The notes below the pieces were generated by a model. It had not been told where the DNA came from. It saw only the letters and a program-made list of their open reading frames with translations, and ran no database searches. A stretch of 64,000 nucleotides of DNA from Bacteroidales bacterium (GTDB lineage Bacteria; Bacteroidota; Bacteroidia; Bacteroidales; Prolixibacteraceae): positions 13,311-77,310 of the forward strand of contig JBBQHB010000005.1 of the NCBI GenBank assembly GCA_038323575.1, given 5' to 3'. Shown here one piece after another: positions 45,867 through 54,937 of the stretch. Within the stretch, counting starts at the first letter, position 1. The number at the start of each line of letters is the position of its first letter. Position numbers and translations under genes: made by a program.

Positions 45867-46943
45867 TTATTTAGCATGCTCCAGTTTTGTCATCGCAGCC
45901 GCAGCCCAGAGCACTGCTGCCTGACCGTGAAAATTTCCAGTGCTTTTTGGGCGGGAGAGGTAATGTTTCTTGCTGTTTTTGGCATTTGTCCCGACGCACA
46001 CATTCCGGACTTCACCTTTGGCATTGACATAGCCTGCAAGGGCTTTCCAGCCTTTCAGGGTATTTTCCCGGAATCCGGCTGAAGGCAGCCAGCCCTTGTC
46101 CAAACCCGAAGCCAGGGCGTAGATAAACATCCCGGTACAGGAGGATTCGGGGTAACTTTGCGGATCATCAAGCAGTTGGTGCCACATGCCGTCTTCCCCC
46201 TGGAAACTAATTAGTGTCTTCATCATTTTGACATATGCTTTTAGCAGGGCCGGATAATATTTGTTTTCTGCAGGCAGGTTCAGCAGTACTTCGGTCATGG
46301 CTGCAGCAGCCCATCCGTTGCCGCGGCCCCAGTAAAACGGCGCATCCTTGCGGTGGTGGAAGAGTCCGTTGTCCCGTTGCAGTCTCTCACAATAAATAAC
46401 CAGCTGTCTGGCTGCCCTGTTGAGGTAAACAGTATCCTTCAATGATTTGTATGCCTGAATCTGGAGTGACCCGACCATGTACATGTCATCAACCCAAAAC
46501 CTTGAAAGGCTGGTCAGTCCATCTGCCTGAAGATTGGAAAACTCCTTGTCGGCTAGTTTTTTAGGAATTTCCAGGTATTTCTCCTGCCCGGTCTGGCGGT
46601 GTAATTCAAAAGGCCAGATACCGAATACATTGTAGTCCACGTGGCCGCTGTGTGGTTTCTTTTTCCCTTTTAAAAACGGTGCATAACCTTCGACCATCTT
46701 GTCTGTGATGGTTTTGTCACCGGTGGCATCGGCCAGCATCAGGCATCCGTAATAGGTGCAGACTTTCTGGTAACGCCAGCCAAAGCGGCGTCCGGCCACG
46801 TTGGTGGCGATTTTTTTTCCTATTTCGGAAGGCGACAATGTGATTTTTGGCTGATCAGCCATTTCATGCTGTGGATTTCCGAAGGAAATATTTGAGACAT
46901 TTAGCAGGTACAATAAAGTTGTTAATCTTATGGTTGTCTTCAT
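45867..46943 (-). CDS. GH105/GH88-type unsaturated glycuronyl/rhamnogalacturonyl hydrolase
   Basis: Start at ATG 46943 (MKTTIRLTTLLYLL signal). Motifs FWVDDMYM and WGRGNGWAAAAM are characteristic of the (alpha/alpha)6 GH88/GH105 clan. Confidence 0.72.
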   Translation of the reverse strand: MKTTIRLTTLLYLLNVSNISFGNPQHEMADQPKITLSPSEIGKKIATNVAGRRFGWRYQKVCTYYGCLMLADATGDKTITDKMVEGYAPFLKGKKKPHSGHVDYNVFGIWPFELHRQTGQEKYLEIPKKLADKEFSNLQADGLTSLSRFWVDDMYMVGSLQIQAYKSLKDTVYLNRAARQLVIYCERLQRDNGLFHHRKDAPFYWGRGNGWAAAAMTEVLLNLPAENKYYPALLKAYVKMMKTLISFQGEDGMWHQLLDDPQSYPESSCTGMFIYALASGLDKGWLPSAGFRENTLKGWKALAGYVNAKGEVRNVCVGTNAKNSKKHYLSRPKSTGNFHGQAAVLWAAAAMTKLEHAK

Positions 46944-47040
46944 GTTAATGGCGAATAGTAATTGCGGTAAGTTGAATAACTGACGATCCGGAGTCCTCAA
47001 AAATCAATGCAATGTAATTAAATTCTTCTGGTTGGCTTCT

Positions 47041-48453
47041 CTAAAACAAATCATTGATAACGACCTCTGCCTGGATCATACCTGAATTTTCATTGGGTTT
47101 GATTCCATAGGTAGTGACCATGGTGAGATGAACGGCTTTTCTAGTCTTCGATTCATCACGCAATGTCGAAGCTTTGTTTCTGAGATCCTGGATGTAATTT
47201 TTATCGATAGTAAACTCCCCTGTGGAATATTTCATTTCGCATAGGTTGATTACCTGATCCCTGCGTTCAATCAACAGATCAATCTGTACTCCAGGACTGG
47301 AGGTTTTGCTCCTCCATGAAGCAATTTTGCTTTGAATCCCGGATATGCCAAGTTTTCTCTTAATCTGCTCGGTATGGGCAAGGCACAATTGTTCGAATGC
47401 ATATCCGCTCCAGGCCCTGTGTTGTGCAGTATCAATAGATGACGACCAAAAATGAGGGTCATTGTATTCGTTTTTTTGAATGAATTTGAAATAGAACAAC
47501 GAATAAAAATCGATCAACTGATATAGCCCGTCCTTGGTTTTTTTATCCAAAGCATTGTATTTCCTTATAAACCGACACGCTTCCAATTCCTGAAGAATTT
47601 TTGACAATCCTCCTCCATCCGGGAGATTTGTCTGCTTTTGTATTTCGTCACGAGTCAGTCCTTTTGCTTTTTTACCCAGCGCCTCCACTACCTTTACATA
47701 GTTTTCATGGTTCCTGAAGAGTGAGCCGTAAAGATTTTGGAACTCATTTTTCAATTCACCGCTTTCCCTGAATAACAGATTATCAATATTTTGAGGCAGA
47801 CTCAGACCCTTTTCAAAGAGGCTGAGGTAATAAGGAATTCCTCCGAATACCATGTAACATTCGGCAATGTGATAACGGTTCATGGCGATGTTTCTAGAAC
47901 GGAAATAATCTTCACATTCCTTTAATGTAAAAGGGGCAATGTACATTCTTCGGGTTATCCTGTTGTGGAGCCCTCCCTTGTTGTTAATTAATTTACCTGT
48001 TATCCAGGAAGTTGAAGATCCACAAATGATGAGGACAACGTCTTTTCTTGCCGAAGCCCATCCATTCCAAAAATGTTCGAAGGCTGTCAGGAAGCCCGAT
48101 TTCGGGGTATCCATCCATGGCAGTTCATCCAAAAACAGGATTTTCCTCTTCTGATTGGATTGTTCCAACGCTTGAATCAACTGCTGAAAAGAATCAAACC
48201 ATGTAGTGGCAAACGGTAGTTCTGTAGTGAAATATTTTTGAAGTGCAGCATGAAAGTTGATTAATTGCTCTTTTAATCCGGCATTTGCAAGTCCGGTGAC
48301 CTGAAAATCGAAATTGTTACCAAAGTATTCCCGGATCAAAAAAGTCTTCCCTACCCTTCTCCTGCCGTATATCACAACAAATTCAGAGCAATCGCCAGAC
48401 ACATAGGATTTTAGACTATTTTTTTCTTCATATCTTCCAATTATCCTGTCCAT
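47041..48453 (-). CDS. AAA-type ATPase (archaeal-ATPase/DUF234-like) with C-terminal PD-(D/E)XK-like motif
   Basis: Walker A YGRRRVGKT and Walker B ILFLDELPW. C-terminal QIDLLIERRDQVINLCEMKYS has a D...E.K arrangement. Flanked by AT-rich spacers. Confidence 0.8.
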   Translation of the reverse strand: MDRIIGRYEEKNSLKSYVSGDCSEFVVIYGRRRVGKTFLIREYFGNNFDFQVTGLANAGLKEQLINFHAALQKYFTTELPFATTWFDSFQQLIQALEQSNQKRKILFLDELPWMDTPKSGFLTAFEHFWNGWASARKDVVLIICGSSTSWITGKLINNKGGLHNRITRRMYIAPFTLKECEDYFRSRNIAMNRYHIAECYMVFGGIPYYLSLFEKGLSLPQNIDNLLFRESGELKNEFQNLYGSLFRNHENYVKVVEALGKKAKGLTRDEIQKQTNLPDGGGLSKILQELEACRFIRKYNALDKKTKDGLYQLIDFYSLFYFKFIQKNEYNDPHFWSSSIDTAQHRAWSGYAFEQLCLAHTEQIKRKLGISGIQSKIASWRSKTSSPGVQIDLLIERRDQVINLCEMKYSTGEFTIDKNYIQDLRNKASTLRDESKTRKAVHLTMVTTYGIKPNENSGMIQAEVVINDLF

Positions 48454-48595
48454 TACTTCAAATATTGTTCGCTGTAAATATATAAATTAGCAATCATATA
48501 GTAGAATAAAAATAAGATAACATGCTAAATGTATAAGAAACGTACAGATTCCGCGAAGTATAATTTGCGATGATGAGATGAATAATTAAGATGGT

Positions 48596-50539
48596 CTAAT
48601 ATTTCCGGACCATTTTGTCAAAATCCAGGTACAGTGATTTTCCGTTCAAAGTAAAAATAATTACTCCTGCCTTCCGTGGCGTCTGGCTATAGGGGGAATC
48701 GAAACGGTCGTAGCTGGTGTTCACCGTCTGCCCGTCCAATTTGAAATCTTTGCCCCAATTCAACTGATAATTCCTGCCTCCGGATTGGTAGTTGAGCACC
48801 AGGTTGATGGAGTCGAAATCGCATTTATTGCCAAGAATCCTTTGGCGGAATTTTTCAAATGACTGATCATCCGTTTCCGAGCCGGCTTCCATGATCCAGA
48901 ATGTTTTTTTCCCGGGTTGGATAAGATTGTCTGTCCTGTTTTTCCGGAATGTCAGGTTGTTTTTGGCGATCAGGGCACAATAGGTCCGGCCTTTTTTGCC
49001 CATCGCATAATTCCCGGAGACAACTACGGTATCGAAATTTTCTTTTGGAAACCAGGCATAGGTATAATCCAGCAATGATATTTCCATCAATCCTTTCTTT
49101 GCAGGGAGGGAATAAATGGACAGCGAGACATTCCGGTCCTGGCCGACATCAGGCATGCGTCCGTACCCGACCCAATAATTTGGTGACTGTTTGGGTATGC
49201 CCAATTCGAGTGCCGGATGGGTATGGAAAACACTGAATGAGTTGCCAATGTTCATTCCGGCCACATGCTGCTGGTCGCCATAGGTTCCGGGATGGTAGTT
49301 CTGGGCGGCATACACCGAGTAATCCTTCGTTTTATAGGTATAAGTGTTCCCTCTTTGAATTGCAACGCCATCAGACGGCGGATTAATGAATCGGGCGATG
49401 GCCGGCTCAAGATGCAGCCAGCTTAAAAGCTTGAAATCCATTACTTTCAAATCGGAAATAAATCCATTGGTGAACATGCGGTTGGCACGGACAAAGGAGA
49501 GGGTATTCCTGATAATTTCAGGATTGGTAAAGGCCTCCATGCCCAGCTGCATCATCATGCTCCTGTTATCCGTGCCATAATATCCTTCTGCCTTCAATTC
49601 TGAAATATCCAGGCCGCTGCTTTGTTTGATCACCACTTTTCCTGTATCTCTTCCAATCTCCGCAATAACAGGCGGCAGAAAATATTTTTTGGTTGTTACC
49701 AGCCCGAATGCCATCCCGCCAGGTTTATTCCCGTTTCCCCAATAATAATTGGTAACGTTTCCCAAAGTTGTATTTGGTCCTCCCTTTCGGCTGTGTTCAT
49801 AGGCCCTTCCGCTGGCCGACACAAACATGGTGTTGCTATTCTGGGAGGCGACATCATACATCAGCAGATCCATGATGATCTCCATTTTTTTTGTAATTTC
49901 TTCGTCCGATGCATAATTGATCAGGTTGATCATTCCGCCGATATCTTCCGTATAATAGACATTGGAGAAGAATTCGGTAAAGCCGTATTTCCAGCGCATC
50001 TCCATCCAGTCGAGTATTCTTTTTCTTGCCTTGTCACTGTGTTCTTTCCCCGTCATGCCGCTTTTCGGGAAAAGGGTATCGGGATATTTTTTCCCGATCA
50101 GGTATTCTGCGGAAGCATACAGAATCTGGTGGTTTTCACTCCAGTAACACATGGAGTTACCACCTGGTTCATCCCACCAGTAGCGAAAATTAAGAATAGA
50201 CTTTTCAATTTTAGACTTTACGTCCGCTGGAATTCTGTCTCCGAAATCGTACAAAATGCGTATCAGACCGACCAGTCTGAAGTCGGAGCAGTCAAATTGC
50301 AGGTCAATAAATTTGAGGGTTCCATCCAATCCCTTCCAGTCGGTATCCTCTTTCCCGGAAACTAAATCCGCATAGATCTGATCCTGCATGAGAGGTAGGC
50401 CCAATGTCTCTTTGAGCGGATAGGACTTGTTTCTTTTGAGACTGATCAAATCATTTATGGTGGTTGCCCCGATGACTACGAGGAGGAAAATGATCAGGCT
50501 TGACCAGGTTAATTTGAATTTTTTAGTGAGTTGCAGCAT
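48596..50539 (-). CDS. Membrane-anchored large hypothetical protein (no family recognised)
   Basis: 647 aa with an N-terminal TM helix (WSSLIIFLLVVIGATTI). Good coding signal with no internal stops. Embedded in a glycan-degradation locus. Confidence 0.5.
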   Translation of the reverse strand: MLQLTKKFKLTWSSLIIFLLVVIGATTINDLISLKRNKSYPLKETLGLPLMQDQIYADLVSGKEDTDWKGLDGTLKFIDLQFDCSDFRLVGLIRILYDFGDRIPADVKSKIEKSILNFRYWWDEPGGNSMCYWSENHQILYASAEYLIGKKYPDTLFPKSGMTGKEHSDKARKRILDWMEMRWKYGFTEFFSNVYYTEDIGGMINLINYASDEEITKKMEIIMDLLMYDVASQNSNTMFVSASGRAYEHSRKGGPNTTLGNVTNYYWGNGNKPGGMAFGLVTTKKYFLPPVIAEIGRDTGKVVIKQSSGLDISELKAEGYYGTDNRSMMMQLGMEAFTNPEIIRNTLSFVRANRMFTNGFISDLKVMDFKLLSWLHLEPAIARFINPPSDGVAIQRGNTYTYKTKDYSVYAAQNYHPGTYGDQQHVAGMNIGNSFSVFHTHPALELGIPKQSPNYWVGYGRMPDVGQDRNVSLSIYSLPAKKGLMEISLLDYTYAWFPKENFDTVVVSGNYAMGKKGRTYCALIAKNNLTFRKNRTDNLIQPGKKTFWIMEAGSETDDQSFEKFRQRILGNKCDFDSINLVLNYQSGGRNYQLNWGKDFKLDGQTVNTSYDRFDSPYSQTPRKAGVIIFTLNGKSLYLDFDKMVRKY

Positions 50540-50553
50540 TCGTAGTTATTGAA

Positions 50554-50591
50554 GGGAATGCCCCAAATAAACAATTATTTGAGGCATTCCC
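50554..50591 (-). terminator. Long hairpin downstream of the DUF1080 gene (possible terminator)
   Basis: GGGAATGCC (50554-50562) and GGCATTCCC (50583-50591) enclose an inner CAAATAA/TTATTTG stem. The U-tract is weak. Confidence 0.35.
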
Positions 50592-50614
50592 GGTAGGTAT
50601 TTGAGAGAATTGTA

Positions 50615-51352
50615 TTAAAGTTCGCGGATCTTGATATTTCGGAACCAGACTGCATATCCGTGATCCTGCAGACCGATGAATCCTTCTTTGGCGATTCCTT
50701 CAGTCCATCCGGGGAATGATTTGAATTTACTTTTGGCTACCATGGCATCCCATTCCGGGGTCCACAAGGTATATTTAACCACTTCAACACCATTCATATA
50801 TTGGGTACAAACACCATCTTTCAGTGTAACCTTGCAGGTATTCCATTCGCCTGCAGGATGCACGGTTTTAGGATCGCAAGGCAGGATGTCATACAATGAA
50901 CCGGCCAAATGGTTGGCTAATTTGTTGTCTGTTGCATCGGCGTTGTCGAGTACCTGAATCTCGGGTGCCGCATAGTAAATAGGTTTACCGGGTACTTCCC
51001 TTACATTGTAGAAAATACCTGAATTCGCCATTTTGCTTGCTTTCCAGTCGATGGTCAATTCGAAATTTTTGTATTTCTTACCAGGAAACAGGATATCACC
51101 ATTAGAACCTTGTCCGGGTTTTTTGTCAGGAGCAGTGAAAACTTTCATTGCATTTTCTTCGATGACCCAGTTGGTTGGCATTGCAGTTCCGTTGCACTGT
51201 CTCCAGCCGTCAAAATCTTTGCCGTTGAACAACAGGGACCAGCCCTCTTTTTTCTCTTTTTTGGTCAATTCGTTGACCTTTTGCGAAAAAGCAGGAGCGG
51301 AGATTAATACCGCTGCGAATAAAGTGATTGTCAAAAAAATGTTGCGCTTCAT
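50615..51352 (-). CDS. DUF1080 (3-keto-disaccharide hydrolase-like) exported protein
   Basis: Signal peptide, GWSLLFNGKDFDGWRQ...NSGIFY...GLQDHGYAVWFRNIKIREL, the typical DUF1080 start and end motifs. Confidence 0.85.
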   Translation of the reverse strand: MKRNIFLTITLFAAVLISAPAFSQKVNELTKKEKKEGWSLLFNGKDFDGWRQCNGTAMPTNWVIEENAMKVFTAPDKKPGQGSNGDILFPGKKYKNFELTIDWKASKMANSGIFYNVREVPGKPIYYAAPEIQVLDNADATDNKLANHLAGSLYDILPCDPKTVHPAGEWNTCKVTLKDGVCTQYMNGVEVVKYTLWTPEWDAMVAKSKFKSFPGWTEGIAKEGFIGLQDHGYAVWFRNIKIREL

Positions 51353-51462
51353 GTTTTGAGTTTTATACCCGACCGGGTGCGATTAATATAATAAAATAGT
51401 ATTTGTTAATTCTTTTCGCCGAAGTTAACTAATTGCCACCGATTGGCCAAAAAAATTTAGAT

Positions 51463-52404
51463 TCAATTACCGGTTTTGCTACTCCCGGTTGCATCTGCTG
51501 CGCACCTGAATCCGGTATTGAAAAGTGAAGTTTCCTGTGTGTTGGATGCCCTGAAAGCAGAGGTGAAACTATTTTCGCCTGCCTGGTCGAAAAAGAAAGA
51601 TCCGCCCCGGATGACCTTTAAATCCGGATTATCCTGAAAGGGAGAATTGCTGCCGGGATAGGGTTTGTAAGTATCGGCGCACCAGTTCCAGACGTTGCCT
51701 CCCATATCTGTCAATCCGCAGGGTGTCTCGCCATAAAAACCAACCGGAGAAGTCACCACAAAACCATCTTCTCCCTGTTTTGCGGTCAGGTCACTTCCCT
51801 GCCAGACATTGGCCAGGTATTTTCCGTTGACAACCAATTGATCACCCCAACTAAAGCGTGAATTGCTTTTTCCGCCGCAACGCGCTGCAAATTCCCATTC
51901 GGCCTCGGTCGGTAGTCTTTTGCCTTCCCAGGCAGCAAAGGCAGAGGCATCGTACCAACTAACCTGGGTAACCGGGTGATTATCTGAGGCCCGGGCTGTG
52001 TTCTTGCCGAGTGGATATTGCCAGGTTGCACCGGGTTGTAAAGTCCAGGCAGAAGTATTAAAATCAAAAACTCCCGAATCGCCGAATTTCTCTGCATCCG
52101 TTTTGTAGCCTGTTGCCTCGATAAATTTCCGGAAATCAGCTACCGTAACTGGGTATTTGTCTATACTGAAAGACTTAACCTCCACCTGATGGGCAGGTTG
52201 TTCAGTCACGGGTCCCTTATCAGAACCCATGGTGAAAGCACCTCCGTTAAATGAAACCATTTCACGCTTTTGGGGCGATTGAATGGGTTCATTCATTTTT
52301 TCTGAACCTACTTTTTCTGACTTGACTTGTGGTTTACGGCCTGTGTTTGTGGAGCAACCGATCAATGCCAATGAAGACAACAAAACTAAATTTCGCAGAA
52401 TCAT
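51463..52404 (-). CDS. FGE-sulfatase (SUMF1-like) domain lipoprotein lacking the canonical catalytic Cys pair
   Basis: Lipobox LIGCS. FGE-family motifs LPTEAEWEFAARCG, GNVWNWCADTY and VIRGGSFFFDQAGENSF. The two Cys expected after RGGS in bona fide FGEs (RGGS..C....C) are absent. Confidence 0.8.
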   Translation of the reverse strand: MILRNLVLLSSLALIGCSTNTGRKPQVKSEKVGSEKMNEPIQSPQKREMVSFNGGAFTMGSDKGPVTEQPAHQVEVKSFSIDKYPVTVADFRKFIEATGYKTDAEKFGDSGVFDFNTSAWTLQPGATWQYPLGKNTARASDNHPVTQVSWYDASAFAAWEGKRLPTEAEWEFAARCGGKSNSRFSWGDQLVVNGKYLANVWQGSDLTAKQGEDGFVVTSPVGFYGETPCGLTDMGGNVWNWCADTYKPYPGSNSPFQDNPDLKVIRGGSFFFDQAGENSFTSAFRASNTQETSLFNTGFRCAADATGSSKTGN

Positions 52405-52446
52405 AAATTATTTTTGTTTAATGATCAAAACTACAATTTGTTGTGG

Positions 52447-53970
52447 TTACTCCTCCATCCAGCTTAATTCTTTCCAGTAAGCCTTCCCGTCGTTGTCCTG
52501 TCTTTCGCCGGGAGTGCTCCGGCCTTCTTTGACATATTTAATCATCAATGTTTTAAGCTCCTTAACTACTTCGGGAAATTTGAGGTACAGATTGCTGGTT
52601 TCGCCGATATCGTCTTTCATGTTGTACAACTGGATTTTTGGCAAACCTTCCTCTTCTTTTCCGGGTTTTGGTGAACTCCAACCTCCGGAGCCTGCAGCCA
52701 GCAGAAGTTTCCAGTCACCTTTGCGAATGGTAAAACTTCCGTTGATTGAATGGTGAACAGTAGCTTCCCTGATCGTCTTCTTATAAGCAGGGTCAAACAA
52801 CAAAGGCAGGAGATTGTAGCTGTCTTCCCCTTCGCCGGATTTTAACTGATACCCTGCCAGGGATGAAAAGGTAGCCATAAAATCTGTCAGACAGACTGTC
52901 TGTTTAACCAGGTGTGACTGAATGCGGTCCGGCCACTGCATCATTAGCGGAATATGATGACCGCCATCGAAGAGGTCTGCCTTCATGCCCCGGAAGATGT
53001 AATTGGGTGAATGCCCCATTGCCTTTAAATCGTCAATCTTAGCAGAAGGGGAACAACCGTTGTCTGAGGTGAAAATTACCAATGTGTTATCTTCAGCCCC
53101 GGATTCTTTTACTGCCTGCAAAACCTGACCTACGGCCCAATCGACCATTAACACAAAATCACCATAAGGATTCAATCCGGATTTTCCCTGAAACTCAGGA
53201 GACGGAAGAATGGGTGTATGGGGGGCGGTCATCGCGAAATAGAGAAAGTAAGGTTTGCCGGCCTCCGAATGTTCACGGATGTATCCGCTTGCCTTCCGGG
53301 TCAGGTTAGGCAGACAATCCTCGTGCATAAAGTCCTTGCCGGTTGGCCCTTTGCGCCACATCTTCATCCCCTCGTTCTGCGTTTCCCTGTCGGGTAGAGC
53401 GGTTGCTTTATCGTTTTCAATGTAAACATAAGGCGGCATGTCGAGCGATGCGCTGATTCCATAGAAATATTGGAATCCCAGGGCTGTTGGTCCGTTTTTA
53501 ATGGGTTTTGAAAAATCTACATTGTTGATTCCATTTTCGATATTGTTCCATTCCCAACCCAGGTGCCATTTCCCAATACAGGCCGTTGAATAATCATTCT
53601 GTTTGAGCATGGAGGCAACTGTCAGCCGACTGGCAGGGATCAAGGGTTTTGAATAGCCATTCAACACCCCCGATTTCAGGGAGGATCGCCAGCTGTATCT
53701 CCCTGTCAGGATGCCGTAACGAGTAGGAGAACAGACAGCGGACCCTGAATGTGCATCACTGAATACAACACCCTGCCGGGCTATTTTATCCAGATTCGGG
53801 GTTTGAATTTTTGAATCTTTATTCAGGGCTGATACATCACCGTATCCGAGATCATCGGCCAGGATTAAAACGATATTTGGCTTACCCTGTCCCGATAAAA
53901 TCAGGGAGACGGATGAAAATCCCATTACAAAAATGGTCTTCAACTGGTTGATAGGTGTTTTCAATCTCAT
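52447..53970 (-). CDS. Arylsulfatase-family sulfatase (Cys-type)
   Basis: Start at ATG 53970 (MRLKTPINQ...). PNIVLILADDLGYGD and active-site SAVCSPTRYGILTGR (CxPxR). Confidence 0.9.
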   Translation of the reverse strand: MRLKTPINQLKTIFVMGFSSVSLILSGQGKPNIVLILADDLGYGDVSALNKDSKIQTPNLDKIARQGVVFSDAHSGSAVCSPTRYGILTGRYSWRSSLKSGVLNGYSKPLIPASRLTVASMLKQNDYSTACIGKWHLGWEWNNIENGINNVDFSKPIKNGPTALGFQYFYGISASLDMPPYVYIENDKATALPDRETQNEGMKMWRKGPTGKDFMHEDCLPNLTRKASGYIREHSEAGKPYFLYFAMTAPHTPILPSPEFQGKSGLNPYGDFVLMVDWAVGQVLQAVKESGAEDNTLVIFTSDNGCSPSAKIDDLKAMGHSPNYIFRGMKADLFDGGHHIPLMMQWPDRIQSHLVKQTVCLTDFMATFSSLAGYQLKSGEGEDSYNLLPLLFDPAYKKTIREATVHHSINGSFTIRKGDWKLLLAAGSGGWSSPKPGKEEEGLPKIQLYNMKDDIGETSNLYLKFPEVVKELKTLMIKYVKEGRSTPGERQDNDGKAYWKELSWMEE

Positions 53971-53977
53971 TTTGAAT

Positions 53978-54937
53978 CTATGGTGTGTATTTTTTATTTC
54001 TAAAAAATTCCTGAACAACGGGTTTTCCGCTAAGATAGCCCAGTGATTCGAGAAAAAGATCTGCCTGGTAAACGGTTTCACTAAAATATTTATTTTCGGC
54101 CTTGTCATCTTTCTGAAAATTAAAAAATCCATGTCCCTGACCTTCGTATAAAAACAGATCGCACCGTGAACCGGCTTCTTCCATCTTTTGTTTGTAAAGT
54201 TTTGCTGTTTCGACAGGTATTAACTTGTCGGCTGTACCCAGGAATACCACAGCGGGAGCAGTACCTTTGCGGATATTGTGCATGGGGGAAATATCAGAAA
54301 AGCGTTCTCCCGTTCGCTCGTAACCATAACCGTTTGGTCCGTTGTCAAAAACCGGATTGAAAAGGACAAGGGCATTGGGCACGGCACTGATTTTCAGGTT
54401 ATCACGTGGATCATCCAATCCCTGCACTGTTGCAGCCGCTGCGGCCAGATGTCCGCCGGCAGAACCACCGGATGCTGCGATTTTTGCCGTGTCGATGTTC
54501 AGCCGACCCGAGTTTTGGCGCAAGAACCTGATGACCGATTTAGCATCAGCCACCGCCTCAAATGGGGTCGTATTGTGCCTCGATTTGACCCGGTAATCGG
54601 CCAAAACTGTGATCATCCCGCGACTGGCAAAATAGTCAGCCTGGGGTTTAAATTGAGCAATATCACCGGAAACCCAACCGCCTCCGAAGAAAAAGACGAT
54701 CATCGGGTAGCTTTTCTTATTATTAAAATGATCCGGTTTCCTGACATACAATTTCAAGGAGACGGTATCGATCTGCTTGTAAGTATACTCATCGTACCCG
54801 GCGGCCTTAAGCGCGCTGAATGATTGTTGCGGTGTATTCTTTTCCCGGACCTTGGGTTCACTGCTTTTTTGGGCTGAAACTGAAAGGTTGATACAAAAAA
54901 ACAGCAGCAATACGATACTACTTGGGACAGTTTTCAT
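53978..54937 (-). CDS. Alpha/beta-hydrolase esterase (hormone-sensitive-lipase-like / carbohydrate esterase)
   Basis: Signal peptide, an oxyanion-hole-type FFFGGGW and a nucleophile elbow GGSAGG. ATGA overlap with the upstream GH29 gene. Confidence 0.8.
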   Translation of the reverse strand: MKTVPSSIVLLLFFCINLSVSAQKSSEPKVREKNTPQQSFSALKAAGYDEYTYKQIDTVSLKLYVRKPDHFNNKKSYPMIVFFFGGGWVSGDIAQFKPQADYFASRGMITVLADYRVKSRHNTTPFEAVADAKSVIRFLRQNSGRLNIDTAKIAASGGSAGGHLAAAAATVQGLDDPRDNLKISAVPNALVLFNPVFDNGPNGYGYERTGERFSDISPMHNIRKGTAPAVVFLGTADKLIPVETAKLYKQKMEEAGSRCDLFLYEGQGHGFFNFQKDDKAENKYFSETVYQADLFLESLGYLSGKPVVQEFFRNKKYTP

